This document shows positions 41,988 through 50,954 of a stretch of 61,591 nt of DNA, in pieces. The position numbers and the translations under genes are program-made. The first letter of the stretch is position 1, and the number at the start of each line of letters is the position of its first letter. Source of the DNA: a bacterium (GTDB taxonomy: Bacteria > CLD3 > SB21); the NCBI GenBank assembly GCA_016787925.1, contig JAEUSK010000243.1:1-61591 (forward strand), read 5' to 3'. The notes under the pieces were generated by a model. That model saw nothing but the letters and a program-made list of their open reading frames with translations, made no database searches and was not told the origin of the DNA.

Positions 41988-43098
41988 TTTTATCGTTTCG
42001 ATTTGCCGCGTCATGCGCATTACCTGCCTTCTTAACGTCAGTATTCTCTTCATCTTCAACAGGCACTTTTGCGTAAGAAAGAAATCTTACAAAAACGAAT
42101 GCGAACATGCCGACGAAAAACAATACACCCATGATAAATTTATTCGATTTGTTAAATGCGGCAAACAAAAAAGCCATTGAAGCAAAAAACAAACAAATTA
42201 TATAAAGCACGATTACGGTTTTTTGATGACTATAGCCGTAGGAAAGCAAGACGTGATGAATATGTTCTCTGTCCGCTGTAAAAATGTTTCGTTTTGCTTT
42301 AGCGCGCCGAACAATGGCCAGCGCCGTATCCAAAACCGGATATCCTAAAGCAATGAACGGAACTAAAATAGCGAAGCTTACGGCAGATTTTTGCGAACTG
42401 ATCAGCCCTAGTGCGGCAAGGACGAGTCCTATGAACATGCTGCCAGAATCACCCATAAATATTTTTGCCGGATAAAAATTATGCCGTAGGAAGCCTAAAA
42501 TACTTCCGGTCAGTCCAAAACTTAATAGTGCAACATAGGATTTATCCAAATATAATCCGATCAAAAAAATGGTCATGGCTACTATCAGAGACACGCCTGA
42601 AGCGAGCCCGTCTAAACCATCAACAAGATTAATGGCATTGATTACGCCAATGACCCAGAGAACAGTCAGCGGATAATTAAAGGCTCCAAGTTCAATGGCG
42701 CCGCCAAAGGGATTCGATATAGCTTCAATATTGAAACCGAAAATAATAAGTATGATTGCCGCAAAAATCTGCGCGGCCAGTTTAATCCAGGGACGTATAT
42801 TATAAATGTCATCAACGGCGCCAACGATGACTATAAAAGTAGATGCCACCAGAAGCCCGAGAATATTCATCTCTTTTTCTTCAAAAAAACGAGGGTACCC
42901 GAAATAAGCTATAATCAACGATACGCAAAAACCGACATATATGGCAATTCCTCCCAGACGCGGTATTGCGCGGGTGTGGACTTTGCGGGCGTCCGGTTTA
43001 TCCAAAAAACCCCGTTCTATGAGAAGGTCTTTTATATAGGGTGTTAGAAAAAAAGAAATACCCATTCCGGATATAAACACAAAAATGAAAGCAATCAC
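41980..43098 (-). CDS. MraY/WecA-family polyprenyl-phosphate HexNAc-1-phosphate transferase
   Basis: 372 aa with about 10 TM segments and VDDIYNI, NLVDGLDGLA and FMGDSGSMFIG motifs. Confidence 0.85.
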   Translation of the reverse strand: MIAFIFVFISGMGISFFLTPYIKDLLIERGFLDKPDARKVHTRAIPRLGGIAIYVGFCVSLIIAYFGYPRFFEEKEMNILGLLVASTFIVIVGAVDDIYNIRPWIKLAAQIFAAIILIIFGFNIEAISNPFGGAIELGAFNYPLTVLWVIGVINAINLVDGLDGLASGVSLIVAMTIFLIGLYLDKSYVALLSFGLTGSILGFLRHNFYPAKIFMGDSGSMFIGLVLAALGLISSQKSAVSFAILVPFIALGYPVLDTALAIVRRAKAKRNIFTADREHIHHVLLSYGYSHQKTVIVLYIICLFFASMAFLFAAFNKSNKFIMGVLFFVGMFAFVFVRFLSYAKVPVEDEENTDVKKAGNAHDAANRNDKND

Positions 43099-43099
43099 T

Positions 43100-43960
43100 T
43101 CAGACCTCTGCTTGTTGTGTAGATAGTTCCGATCTCATCGCAGGATCGTCGCCATGCCTTGTCGCAGGAAAATGATAATCTGTATCTATTTTGAATATCT
43201 TTTTTGCTAAAACCAGTAGTGCAAATTGCGGTAAAGCAAGCATACGAGGCGCCCTAAAGGGCTGCTGAAACAGACGAAACAACCACTCCAAATGTAATCG
43301 GAGCATCCATGCCGGAGGACGGGGGACATTACCTGTTATGGCGTCGAAACTGCCACCAACCCCCATACAAACAGGAATAACGAGGGATTGTTGTCTGGCT
43401 TTAGTGCGGATCATTTCTATCCAGTTCTCCTGAATCAACGCACCCATGGCAACAAAGACAATATCCGGTTTTATTGTCATGATGTCACTAAGCGTAGACT
43501 GCATGTCATCATCATTCTTGAAGTATCCGTTACGGATCCCGACAATGGCCGCCCCCGGGTATTCGCGTTGAAAAAGAACCTTTGCTTTTTCAACAATAGC
43601 TTGTGAACCGCCAAGGAGGAAAACACTGTTTTTGTTTTTTGAGGCAAGTTTCATAATGTCACACATTAAGTCACATCCGGGAATTGTCGGGTATTTTGTT
43701 CCGCTGAATTGAGTCATCGCCCATGCAATTCCATAAGCGTCCGGGTAGAGCAGGTCTGCGTTTACAATATGTTGTGCCAGTAACTCCTCTTTACGTGCGC
43801 GGCAAACTTTGATCGGATTCAATGCCATCAAATGGTTGGAGTTTTTTCGATCCGTAACCCAACGTGTTACAGCTTTCAAAATGTCTTCACGTGACAAAAT
43901 GCTCGTGTGAAAACCTAATACGTTTATCGTTTCATGTGATTTAATCATAGTCTCTTGCAC
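43100..43960 (-). CDS. WecB/TagA/CpsF (GT26) family glycosyltransferase
   Basis: 286 aa with VFLLGGSQAIVEKA...YPGAAIVGIRNGYF and a C-terminal EWLFRL motif. Confidence 0.85.
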   Translation of the reverse strand: MQETMIKSHETINVLGFHTSILSREDILKAVTRWVTDRKNSNHLMALNPIKVCRARKEELLAQHIVNADLLYPDAYGIAWAMTQFSGTKYPTIPGCDLMCDIMKLASKNKNSVFLLGGSQAIVEKAKVLFQREYPGAAIVGIRNGYFKNDDDMQSTLSDIMTIKPDIVFVAMGALIQENWIEMIRTKARQQSLVIPVCMGVGGSFDAITGNVPRPPAWMLRLHLEWLFRLFQQPFRAPRMLALPQFALLVLAKKIFKIDTDYHFPATRHGDDPAMRSELSTQQAEV

Positions 43961-43961
43961 A

Positions 43962-45686
43962 TTAAACTTTTTTTGTCCAATCCACTTCGACGATAAAACC
44001 GCCGATGGCTAGGGCATGAATCCTGCTTTGCGCAAATGCATTGATCGCTTCTTCCGGAGTTCGCACAATCGGTTCCTCATGCATGTTGAAACTGGTGTTA
44101 ACTAAAATGGAATGTCCTGTGAGCTTCTTGTATTCTTTCAGAATATGATAATACGACCGGTTTATTTCTTCAGTCACAATCTGGGGACGGGCTGTTTTGT
44201 CAACGTGAGTAATAGCGGGAGCCGTCTCTGCACATTTGGCTGTAACATTATACGTCACGGTCATGAATTCAGCTGCATAATCGTGCTGTTTGTCGTAGCC
44301 GACCAGATATTCGTGCGCATCTTCTTTTAACAGGACCGGAGCAAATGGCATAAATTCCGTGCGGTTCAATTGCTCATTCAGCCATGCATTGACCGTTCGA
44401 TCCTGGCAATGATACAAAATCGAACGATTGCCAAGCGCCCGCGGTCCGTATTCCATCTTGCCGTTAAAACGTGCGACAATTTTCTTGTCGGCAAGAAGTT
44501 TTGCGATGGCGGCTTCGATGTTATCGGGGCGAGAGTACGGGAAACCTGACTTCTTCAGCGCAGTTTCAATTTCAGCCTCTGTATACTCGGATCCAAGATA
44601 TACGGTTTGAAAACGATACGGTCTAAAATGTGAATGATTTTTTGCATAGATTTCAAACGCCGCGCCGGCCGCCAAACCGCCGTCACCCATGTTGGGGAAC
44701 ACATAAATTTCTTCTGCATTCGTCTTCTCCCAAAGATCCTGATTGAGTTTTACATTTGCAAAAACTCCGCCGCTTAATGCGATGCGTTTAGCGCCGGTTC
44801 TCCTGCACGCATCTACTGCATATTGACTTATCATTTCCTCAAAATGGCGTTGTATACCGGCTGCAACGTCCTCCCTCGAAAAAGGCCTGAGCAGTTTTTC
44901 AAGAATTCGAATTTCTGCCTGGAGCCAGCCGCCCTTATTGACAAAACTGAATTTTTTAGGATCGTAAGAAATTCGTTTGGCGAAAATGTCTTTAGTTGCG
45001 TCTGCATTGCCGAAGGCGGCTAATCCGGTCACTTTACCTTCATGCCGCAGGGCAACGAACCCCAATATATGGGTAACGTAACAATAATAGAAGCCCGGAG
45101 AATGATACGCGGGTATTGAATTGATTAATTGCATTTTGCCGTCTTTACAATCGTAAATGCGGGAACACCAACCGTCGCCACTGGCATCCAACGTCAATGT
45201 CAAACAATCATTCCACCCGGATGTGAAGTAGGCCCCGGTGGCATGGGAAAGGTGGTGATCAACAAAATGCGTCGGAGCGGTTATGTTATGCTCCTTTAAC
45301 TTATTTTCAATTTCAGAAGTCCCGCGAAATATTGAGCTCTCAAAAACTTTTCGAGTAGCTTTTGTTCCAATCCCAGTGCCCATAAGCATTCCGGTGAGAG
45401 GCGTATTACTGAGTTCCGCAAAAAATGTTCTGAAAAAACCAACCGATTCATAACCGAATTCCAGAGGTTTTGCCCGCGTTGAACTTGTTCCGGCGATCGC
45501 CACCGCGTCAATTTGTTCAGCGCGAATATTTGCCGAACGCAAGCACTCCGGAATGGATAAATCGGGGAAACCCCAATACATTTTTTTTCGGTTGAGTCGT
45601 TCTTCATTAATGGCCGTAACGATTTTTCCGTCAATGATAATAGCCGCACCGGCATCGTGGCCGGTGCTGATTCCGAGAATGGTCAT
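43962..45686 (-). CDS. Carbamoyltransferase (NodU/CmcH family), copy 2
   Basis: 574 aa beginning MTILGISTGHDAGAAIIIDGKIVTAINEERLNRKK, with VDHHLSHA. Its C-terminal domain is collinear with copy 1, but the two are clearly divergent. Confidence 0.9.
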   Translation of the reverse strand: MTILGISTGHDAGAAIIIDGKIVTAINEERLNRKKMYWGFPDLSIPECLRSANIRAEQIDAVAIAGTSSTRAKPLEFGYESVGFFRTFFAELSNTPLTGMLMGTGIGTKATRKVFESSIFRGTSEIENKLKEHNITAPTHFVDHHLSHATGAYFTSGWNDCLTLTLDASGDGWCSRIYDCKDGKMQLINSIPAYHSPGFYYCYVTHILGFVALRHEGKVTGLAAFGNADATKDIFAKRISYDPKKFSFVNKGGWLQAEIRILEKLLRPFSREDVAAGIQRHFEEMISQYAVDACRRTGAKRIALSGGVFANVKLNQDLWEKTNAEEIYVFPNMGDGGLAAGAAFEIYAKNHSHFRPYRFQTVYLGSEYTEAEIETALKKSGFPYSRPDNIEAAIAKLLADKKIVARFNGKMEYGPRALGNRSILYHCQDRTVNAWLNEQLNRTEFMPFAPVLLKEDAHEYLVGYDKQHDYAAEFMTVTYNVTAKCAETAPAITHVDKTARPQIVTEEINRSYYHILKEYKKLTGHSILVNTSFNMHEEPIVRTPEEAINAFAQSRIHALAIGGFIVEVDWTKKV

Positions 45687-46855
45687 GCAACTCCTTGATT
45701 CTTTTTTTCATCGTATATACAATACGCGAGAGCGTGGTACATCCAAGCCTGCGACCATCGCATATAGGAAATTTTATTGGTAAAATATTTTCTTTTCTGA
45801 AAATAGAAAAAGCCTTTTTCGTCCTGCATATTTCGGATTACCCAGTGCAGCAATTGGTTTCTGATGGCATCGGATTTCGGATGAAAAGATTTCAGTTTTG
45901 TCAGCGTCACGACGCCCTGTGCCGCGCTATGTATGTCAATCGGAAATACGCGATCGTGAAAATACTTCGGTGTTCCGTTCTCAAGAAAAAAATGATTGAT
46001 AAAAAAATCAAAACCTATAGTGAGATGTTTTTCAAACTCCTTATCGCCGGTTGAATCTATAAAATGTTTCAGCGACTCCAAAACAAAACCCGTATGAAAA
46101 CTGTCTATCCATTTCTGGATACTCGTTTCTGCATAATTCCATGAACCGTCGGCCTTTTGATACTTCATCACGTATCCAACGGCGCGTTTGGCTGTTTGCC
46201 TCAATGGTTCTTCATGTGTAAACGAATAAACTCGCGCCAACAGCCCGGCGCCAAGCATATTGGCATTATGAACTCTTAACTGATCAATCGGGGTATAGCT
46301 GAAACAAATTAAATCACCATCTTCGGAGCAATGCAAATCCTTCAGTATGAAATCGCATGCTCCGCGAGCAACGCGTAAGTAGTTATCATTCCCGGTTGCC
46401 TCATACGCATCTAAAAAGGCATGGGCCACATAAGACGTATTGACAATCGTTGGCGTATATTTTGGAACGAAGAACACGCGGCTTTGCCAGTCAAAGTTAT
46501 AGCCCCAGCAATTGCCTGAATAACCTTTACTGGACAATTCAGATAATAATGTAGCTAAAAAACCGAGTTTTTTCAAATAGTTTTTATCGGATGTTACTCG
46601 CCAAAGGTGAGCTGTTGCAGATAACAGAAGGCCAAGTCCTTTGGGATTGTAGCCTCGCGGCACCAGTAAAAGGGGACGTAGGTTTATGGGTAAAATTTTC
46701 AGGGCTTGAATGAACGCGATACGCAGGCTCTTGTTTTTGAAGGACAATGCAGATAAAAGAGGGGAATTCAAGGCGTCGTAGCAGTCGTAACCCTGGTATT
46801 TTTCCTTTTCGATGTAAATTTCTAAAGAACGAAGAGAATCAAGCGCAATGTTCAT
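45683..46855 (-). CDS. Uncharacterised soluble protein (helical-repeat/toroid-like), translationally coupled to carbamoyltransferase 2
   Basis: 390 aa with no signal peptide and a WGYNFDWQSRVFFVPKYTPTIVNTSYVAHAFLDAYE motif. It overlaps the downstream gene by 4 nt. I cannot name a family. Confidence 0.65.
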   Translation of the reverse strand: MNIALDSLRSLEIYIEKEKYQGYDCYDALNSPLLSALSFKNKSLRIAFIQALKILPINLRPLLLVPRGYNPKGLGLLLSATAHLWRVTSDKNYLKKLGFLATLLSELSSKGYSGNCWGYNFDWQSRVFFVPKYTPTIVNTSYVAHAFLDAYEATGNDNYLRVARGACDFILKDLHCSEDGDLICFSYTPIDQLRVHNANMLGAGLLARVYSFTHEEPLRQTAKRAVGYVMKYQKADGSWNYAETSIQKWIDSFHTGFVLESLKHFIDSTGDKEFEKHLTIGFDFFINHFFLENGTPKYFHDRVFPIDIHSAAQGVVTLTKLKSFHPKSDAIRNQLLHWVIRNMQDEKGFFYFQKRKYFTNKISYMRWSQAWMYHALAYCIYDEKKNQGVA

Positions 46856-46902
46856 TGATTTATATTATAATTTGTGTAATTGCCCGAATATGAAAAATTT
46901 AA

Positions 46903-47034
46903 CCACACGGACAAAGAGAACACAGAGTTTCACGGAGTCAATGGCGCACCCATTATCTTATTAAAAATCTCATTTATTGATTTTTACGTAATCATTTCTC
47001 TGTGTTTTGCTGTGTTCTCTGCGTCTCCGTGGTG
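46903..47034. repeat. Imperfect inverted repeat built from CACAGAG/CACGGAG heptamers (REP-like intergenic element)
   Basis: The left arm is 46903-46937 and the right arm 46998-47034. A perfect 11-bp core agagaacacag (46915-46925) pairs with ctgtgttctct (47010-47020). Nested flanking pairs are cacgga/tccgtg and cacggag/ctctgtg. The loop is about 60 nt. Confidence 0.75.
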
Positions 47035-47039
47035 AGTCG

Positions 47040-49295
47040 TTACGATTTTTCACGAAAAAGCGATTCCTGCAAGCTTTCCGTATGAATCCGTGATAACCCA
47101 TTGAGAAATTCTTGCCTATTATCAAGACTAATATCAACCGGAATTCCCAGTGACAAAGATTCAAGTATTTTTAAAGTGGCGATGGTTACATTTACAGATT
47201 CCTGCAGGGAAATAGGCGAAGGAGAACCGGTCAGGACGGATTCGATGAAAACATTCAATGCATACTTATAGCCTTTGTCCTGTTTAGACCCGCCGAAGCT
47301 TCGTGTTTTACCATTTCTCGTAAAGGTGACTTTACGAAAATCATCGATAACGGCAACCGAATTTTCATTAAATATTTCGATGCGCTCCTTGGGAAAAGTT
47401 TTATCACCGGAAGCCGTATAAATGATCGTTGCGATCGAGCCATCCCTGTATTTGAATGTGATGCTTGTATTGTCCTTACCCATCATATCGTCCCGTGTAG
47501 AAGTGACCACGTCGGCATACACTTTAATGGGGGTAGATCCGATGAGATAATTTATCAGATCAACAAAATGGCAAACTTCGCCGATAATACGTCCTCCGCC
47601 TTCGACGGGGTCCTGAGACCAGTGTTCTTTCGGCACAAAACCGGCATTCACACGGTATGTAACAACGCAGGGCTGGATTTTTTTTGAGAGAAATTTTTTT
47701 GTCTCGATCACCGTCGGAGCAAAACGGCGGTTGAATCCTACCATGACGCGCGGCGAATGGGTTTCTGCGGTTTTGATGATATCCAGTAATTGTTCATAAT
47801 TCAGTGCAAGCGGCTTCTCGACAAATACGGCTTTATTCTGCTTCATCGCTTCTATTACATAGGGTGCGTGAAGGTGATGACGTGTTGCTATAAAAACACA
47901 GTCGACCTCGCCGTGTTGAAGGATTTCTTTGTTGTCTGTTGTGGCATTCAGGAATTTGAATTTTTTTGCCGCATTGGTTGACGTCAGGCCTTTCGAAGTA
48001 GAAACTACTGACAAAAGTATTCGCTTGTCTTTTTTCAGAACCGGTAAGATATAATTTTGCGCAAAACTACCTGCGCCGATGAAGCCGACCCGAACGGTTG
48101 GAGCAGGAGATGCTGAACCGGAAGTTTCGTTAACAATGAAATGTTTTTGAACCGGGGACTCGCGGCGATGATCGTATTCCAGCAATATGCCGATAAATTT
48201 TTCTTTGGTCTTTGTTTTGCCGGTAATCAGTTGATACGCTTTATTCGCATCTTCGATTTTAAACCGATGCGACGTGATTTTTTTCAAATCGATCTTTTTA
48301 TCCGATGTAAGCTGGAGAAAAGACTGCATGTTTCTGTTTTCCGTCCATCGGATGTATCCGTAAGGATAGTCAATTCCTTTTTCCTCGTACGAAGAATCGT
48401 ACCGTCCCGGTCCGTAGGACCTTGAAAAACGGACGTCGATTTCCTTTTCATAAAAAGGACTGCGTGGCACATCCGCGGGAACGCCCCCAACAATGATCAT
48501 AGAACCTTTGTTGCGGATAATTTCGCCGGCGAGAATAATGGGCTCGTTGGATTTTGTTGAGGCGGTAATAAGTGCACAATCGACGCCATACCCGTCTGTC
48601 ATTTTCTCGATGATCGGCAGATAATTACCGTTTGTTAAAAGCGCGTAATCTGCGCCTAATTCTTTTGCGAGACTGCATGCGTCGGAATCAATATCAAACC
48701 CGCTCACGATGCATCCGGACGCTTTGAGAATCTGCACAGTAATGAGTCCTATTAATCCCAAACCGATGACGGCAACTTTTTCTCCGACAACCGGCTGTGC
48801 CTGTCTGACGCCCTGCATGGCAATAGCGCCTAAAGTAGTAAAAGCGGCTTCATCAAACTCTACCGAGACTGGAATTTTAGCGGCCAGATTGCGAGGAACA
48901 AATATCGTTTCCGCATGGGACGCATACCCTTGGCCAGCACAAGCCACACGGTCGCCCACGGCAAATTCGTCCACATCCGGAGCTACGGCTATCACGACAC
49001 CTGCGGAACTGTAGCCCATAGGCACGAGCGAATCCAATTTATTTTTTACTAGTCGGAAGGTACTGAGCAGTCCCTCCCGTTTTGCGACGGCCAAGACCTT
49101 TTTTACGAGATCCGGACGACTTTGCGCCTTGCCAATCAGTGATTTTTGCGCTGTTTCAACGGTGGTCTTTTCTGTACCCGAACTGATCAGCGAAAAGACA
49201 TTCCGTACTAATATACCGCCGGGTAGCAATGCCGGTTCCGGTACGTCATCCACTCTTAGTTCGCCGCTTTTGTAATTTTGTATAACCTGTAGCAA
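47040..49295 (-). CDS. Bi-domain oxidoreductase (N-terminal zinc-type alcohol dehydrogenase/MDR fused to a C-terminal Gfo/Idh/MocA domain)
   Basis: 751 aa. The MDR part has GDRVACAG and a GLGLIGL Rossmann motif. The second half has GFIGAGSFAQNYILP and an EKPLAL motif typical of Gfo/Idh/MocA. Confidence 0.85.
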   Translation of the reverse strand: MLQVIQNYKSGELRVDDVPEPALLPGGILVRNVFSLISSGTEKTTVETAQKSLIGKAQSRPDLVKKVLAVAKREGLLSTFRLVKNKLDSLVPMGYSSAGVVIAVAPDVDEFAVGDRVACAGQGYASHAETIFVPRNLAAKIPVSVEFDEAAFTTLGAIAMQGVRQAQPVVGEKVAVIGLGLIGLITVQILKASGCIVSGFDIDSDACSLAKELGADYALLTNGNYLPIIEKMTDGYGVDCALITASTKSNEPIILAGEIIRNKGSMIIVGGVPADVPRSPFYEKEIDVRFSRSYGPGRYDSSYEEKGIDYPYGYIRWTENRNMQSFLQLTSDKKIDLKKITSHRFKIEDANKAYQLITGKTKTKEKFIGILLEYDHRRESPVQKHFIVNETSGSASPAPTVRVGFIGAGSFAQNYILPVLKKDKRILLSVVSTSKGLTSTNAAKKFKFLNATTDNKEILQHGEVDCVFIATRHHLHAPYVIEAMKQNKAVFVEKPLALNYEQLLDIIKTAETHSPRVMVGFNRRFAPTVIETKKFLSKKIQPCVVTYRVNAGFVPKEHWSQDPVEGGGRIIGEVCHFVDLINYLIGSTPIKVYADVVTSTRDDMMGKDNTSITFKYRDGSIATIIYTASGDKTFPKERIEIFNENSVAVIDDFRKVTFTRNGKTRSFGGSKQDKGYKYALNVFIESVLTGSPSPISLQESVNVTIATLKILESLSLGIPVDISLDNRQEFLNGLSRIHTESLQESLFREKS

Positions 49296-49298
49296 GGA

Positions 49299-50021
49299 TC
49301 AATCTCCGACTTTTTGAAGTTTTACGAAATAGATCATTCCGAATAAACGGTGATTCGACAGCTTTTTAAAAAGGTTAAATCGGGAATAAGGAGTAACATA
49401 ATACAGGGAATCGATTTTTCTTAGACTGTTGATTTCACACAATCTGTCGAATTCGTTAGGAGTATATTGATTTTTTTGAAAAGCTAAATAACCTGTTTTG
49501 AGATTTAGATATGGCGAAACAATCTGCCTCAGTTTGAAATAAAGTCTTTCTACTATTCTCAATAAACTTCGTTTGTTTGGAACTGATATGATGGCTATAC
49601 CATTGTTTTTAAGGACTCTTCGTATTTCTCGAACGGCTTGAATGTCCTTGTCGAGCCATTCGAGTACACTGACGCAAGTAATGACATCAAAATAGTTATC
49701 TGGAAATTGCAAGTTGGTAGCGTCTCCAATGCCTAGTGTTGCCTTTAAATTTCGCGACTGTAAGTAACTATTAGCTTGCTGAATCATGTTTTCAGAAATG
49801 TCTATTCCATAAACAGACGACCTTTGTTCACAAAAATAAGAGCTGATCATACCGCTTCCGCAGCCAATGTCCAGAACTATTTTGCCTTTCAACTGGATAT
49901 CGGAAGTCAATTTTTTGACCTTCTCTAATCGCTCCGAAAAGAGATTACTTCTGCTATAATTCTTATTCCAATCCTCAGCTAACGTATTGAAATAACCTTT
50001 GATGTCCGAAGTATCTGCCAA
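49299..50021 (-). CDS. Class I SAM-dependent methyltransferase
   Basis: VLDIGCGSG motif I and a FDVITCVSVLEW motif. I moved the start to the TTG at 50021 because the track's 5' extension (also TTG, at 50108) overlaps the small gene at 50029-50196. The start remains uncertain. Confidence 0.75.
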   Translation of the reverse strand: MADTSDIKGYFNTLAEDWNKNYSRSNLFSERLEKVKKLTSDIQLKGKIVLDIGCGSGMISSYFCEQRSSVYGIDISENMIQQANSYLQSRNLKATLGIGDATNLQFPDNYFDVITCVSVLEWLDKDIQAVREIRRVLKNNGIAIISVPNKRSLLRIVERLYFKLRQIVSPYLNLKTGYLAFQKNQYTPNEFDRLCEINSLRKIDSLYYVTPYSRFNLFKKLSNHRLFGMIYFVKLQKVGD

Positions 50022-50028
50022 TATGGAC

Positions 50029-50196
50029 CTAGAACAATGTATAGATGAACGGCGCAAGTCCCGATCCTTGTGCAAAAACGAGTAACAAGCCAAATAGGAC
50101 CAAAACAATGACCATCGGAATCATCCACCACAGTTTTTTCATCCACAAAAAGCGAATCAATTCGCCAAGTATGCCTAATTTACTTACAAAACCCAT
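50029..50196 (-). CDS. DUF5989 / SxtK-like small membrane protein (55 aa; absent from the ORF track)
   Basis: Hand translation gives MGFVSKLGILGELIRFLWMKKLWWMIPMVIVLVLFGLLLVFAQGSGLAPFIYTLF*. GAGGA lies 6 nt upstream of the ATG. It has a single TM segment, and the C-terminal APFIYTLF is the family hallmark as I recall it. Confidence 0.75.
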   Translation of the reverse strand: MGFVSKLGILGELIRFLWMKKLWWMIPMVIVLVLFGLLLVFAQGSGLAPFIYTLF

Positions 50197-50222
50197 TCTT
50201 ATTCCTCATTTACGTTATGTTC

Positions 50223-50951
50223 TCAGGGCTTAATTCCTTCAACATGAAGTCCGCCCCGGGTATCTAAAATTTCGACATCAGGCAATCGTCCTTCTCTAAA
50301 TGACCTTTCCTCGATTTGAGCAAAGCCTGCTGCCGCTAAAATTTTCTTCAATTCGTCAAAATTATACATCCAGCGGTGATTGCTGTATTCACTAAGATAG
50401 CCGCTGGATGAATTGGTCACATATTTTTCAATTGGCAGTATATCACTGTTGTCATAACAATGCAATGCTTTTCGAATTTTTTCAACTTCTTCATCCAAAG
50501 AAGGTACGCATATTCGAATGACACCGCCTTTCTTCATCACTCGAAAACAGTTCTCCAGAATAAACTTACAACGTTCCCGCGATAAATGCTCAAAAAAATG
50601 GGAAGAATAAATGTTGGGAATTGTGGCGTCATCATACGGAATACCATACTTGAAATCAAAATGAATTATTTCCGTGGACTTTAGTTTTGCAATAAATGTG
50701 TAAACATCTACATTTTTTGATGTATTCTGAAATTTATACAATAGCTTAATTATCGGTCCCGGTAAATTTTTGACTACAACGGAAACGCCACCGTCAATGC
50801 CAATCCAGTTGGATGGATTGTCAAGTCCGCATCCGAGGTTGATCCCATTATATCCGGCTTTAAACTCGTAAACCTTGTTTTTTTTTAGCCTAAGCAGAAA
50901 TGGATTTAAGAACTCCCAAGCTGCTAATTTCAATAAGTCTTTAAAAAGCAT
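50223..50951 (-). CDS. SAM-dependent methyltransferase (Methyltransf_11-like)
   Basis: 242 aa with INLGCG(L)D and IYSSHFFEHL...KKGGVIRICVP motifs. Confidence 0.75.
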   Translation of the reverse strand: MLFKDLLKLAAWEFLNPFLLRLKKNKVYEFKAGYNGINLGCGLDNPSNWIGIDGGVSVVVKNLPGPIIKLLYKFQNTSKNVDVYTFIAKLKSTEIIHFDFKYGIPYDDATIPNIYSSHFFEHLSRERCKFILENCFRVMKKGGVIRICVPSLDEEVEKIRKALHCYDNSDILPIEKYVTNSSSGYLSEYSNHRWMYNFDELKKILAAAGFAQIEERSFREGRLPDVEILDTRGGLHVEGIKP

Positions 50952-50954
50952 TTC

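Noticed and set aside
46970-47164. A 64-aa minus-strand ORF (…SPRRRREHSKTQRN…).
   Set aside because: Its upstream portion overlaps the 3' end of the oxidoreductase gene. Its Arg/His/Glu-rich C-terminal part is merely the translation of the right arm of the CACAGAG/CACGGAG inverted repeat.
38128-50196. Homologues of SxtI (carbamoyltransferase), SxtJ and SxtK, considered as evidence for a saxitoxin-like toxin cluster.
   Set aside because: No sxtA-type PKS-like enzyme, amidinotransferase or other core sxt genes are present. The context is glycosyltransferases and Wzy-like proteins, so this trio is best read as glycan carbamoylation machinery.
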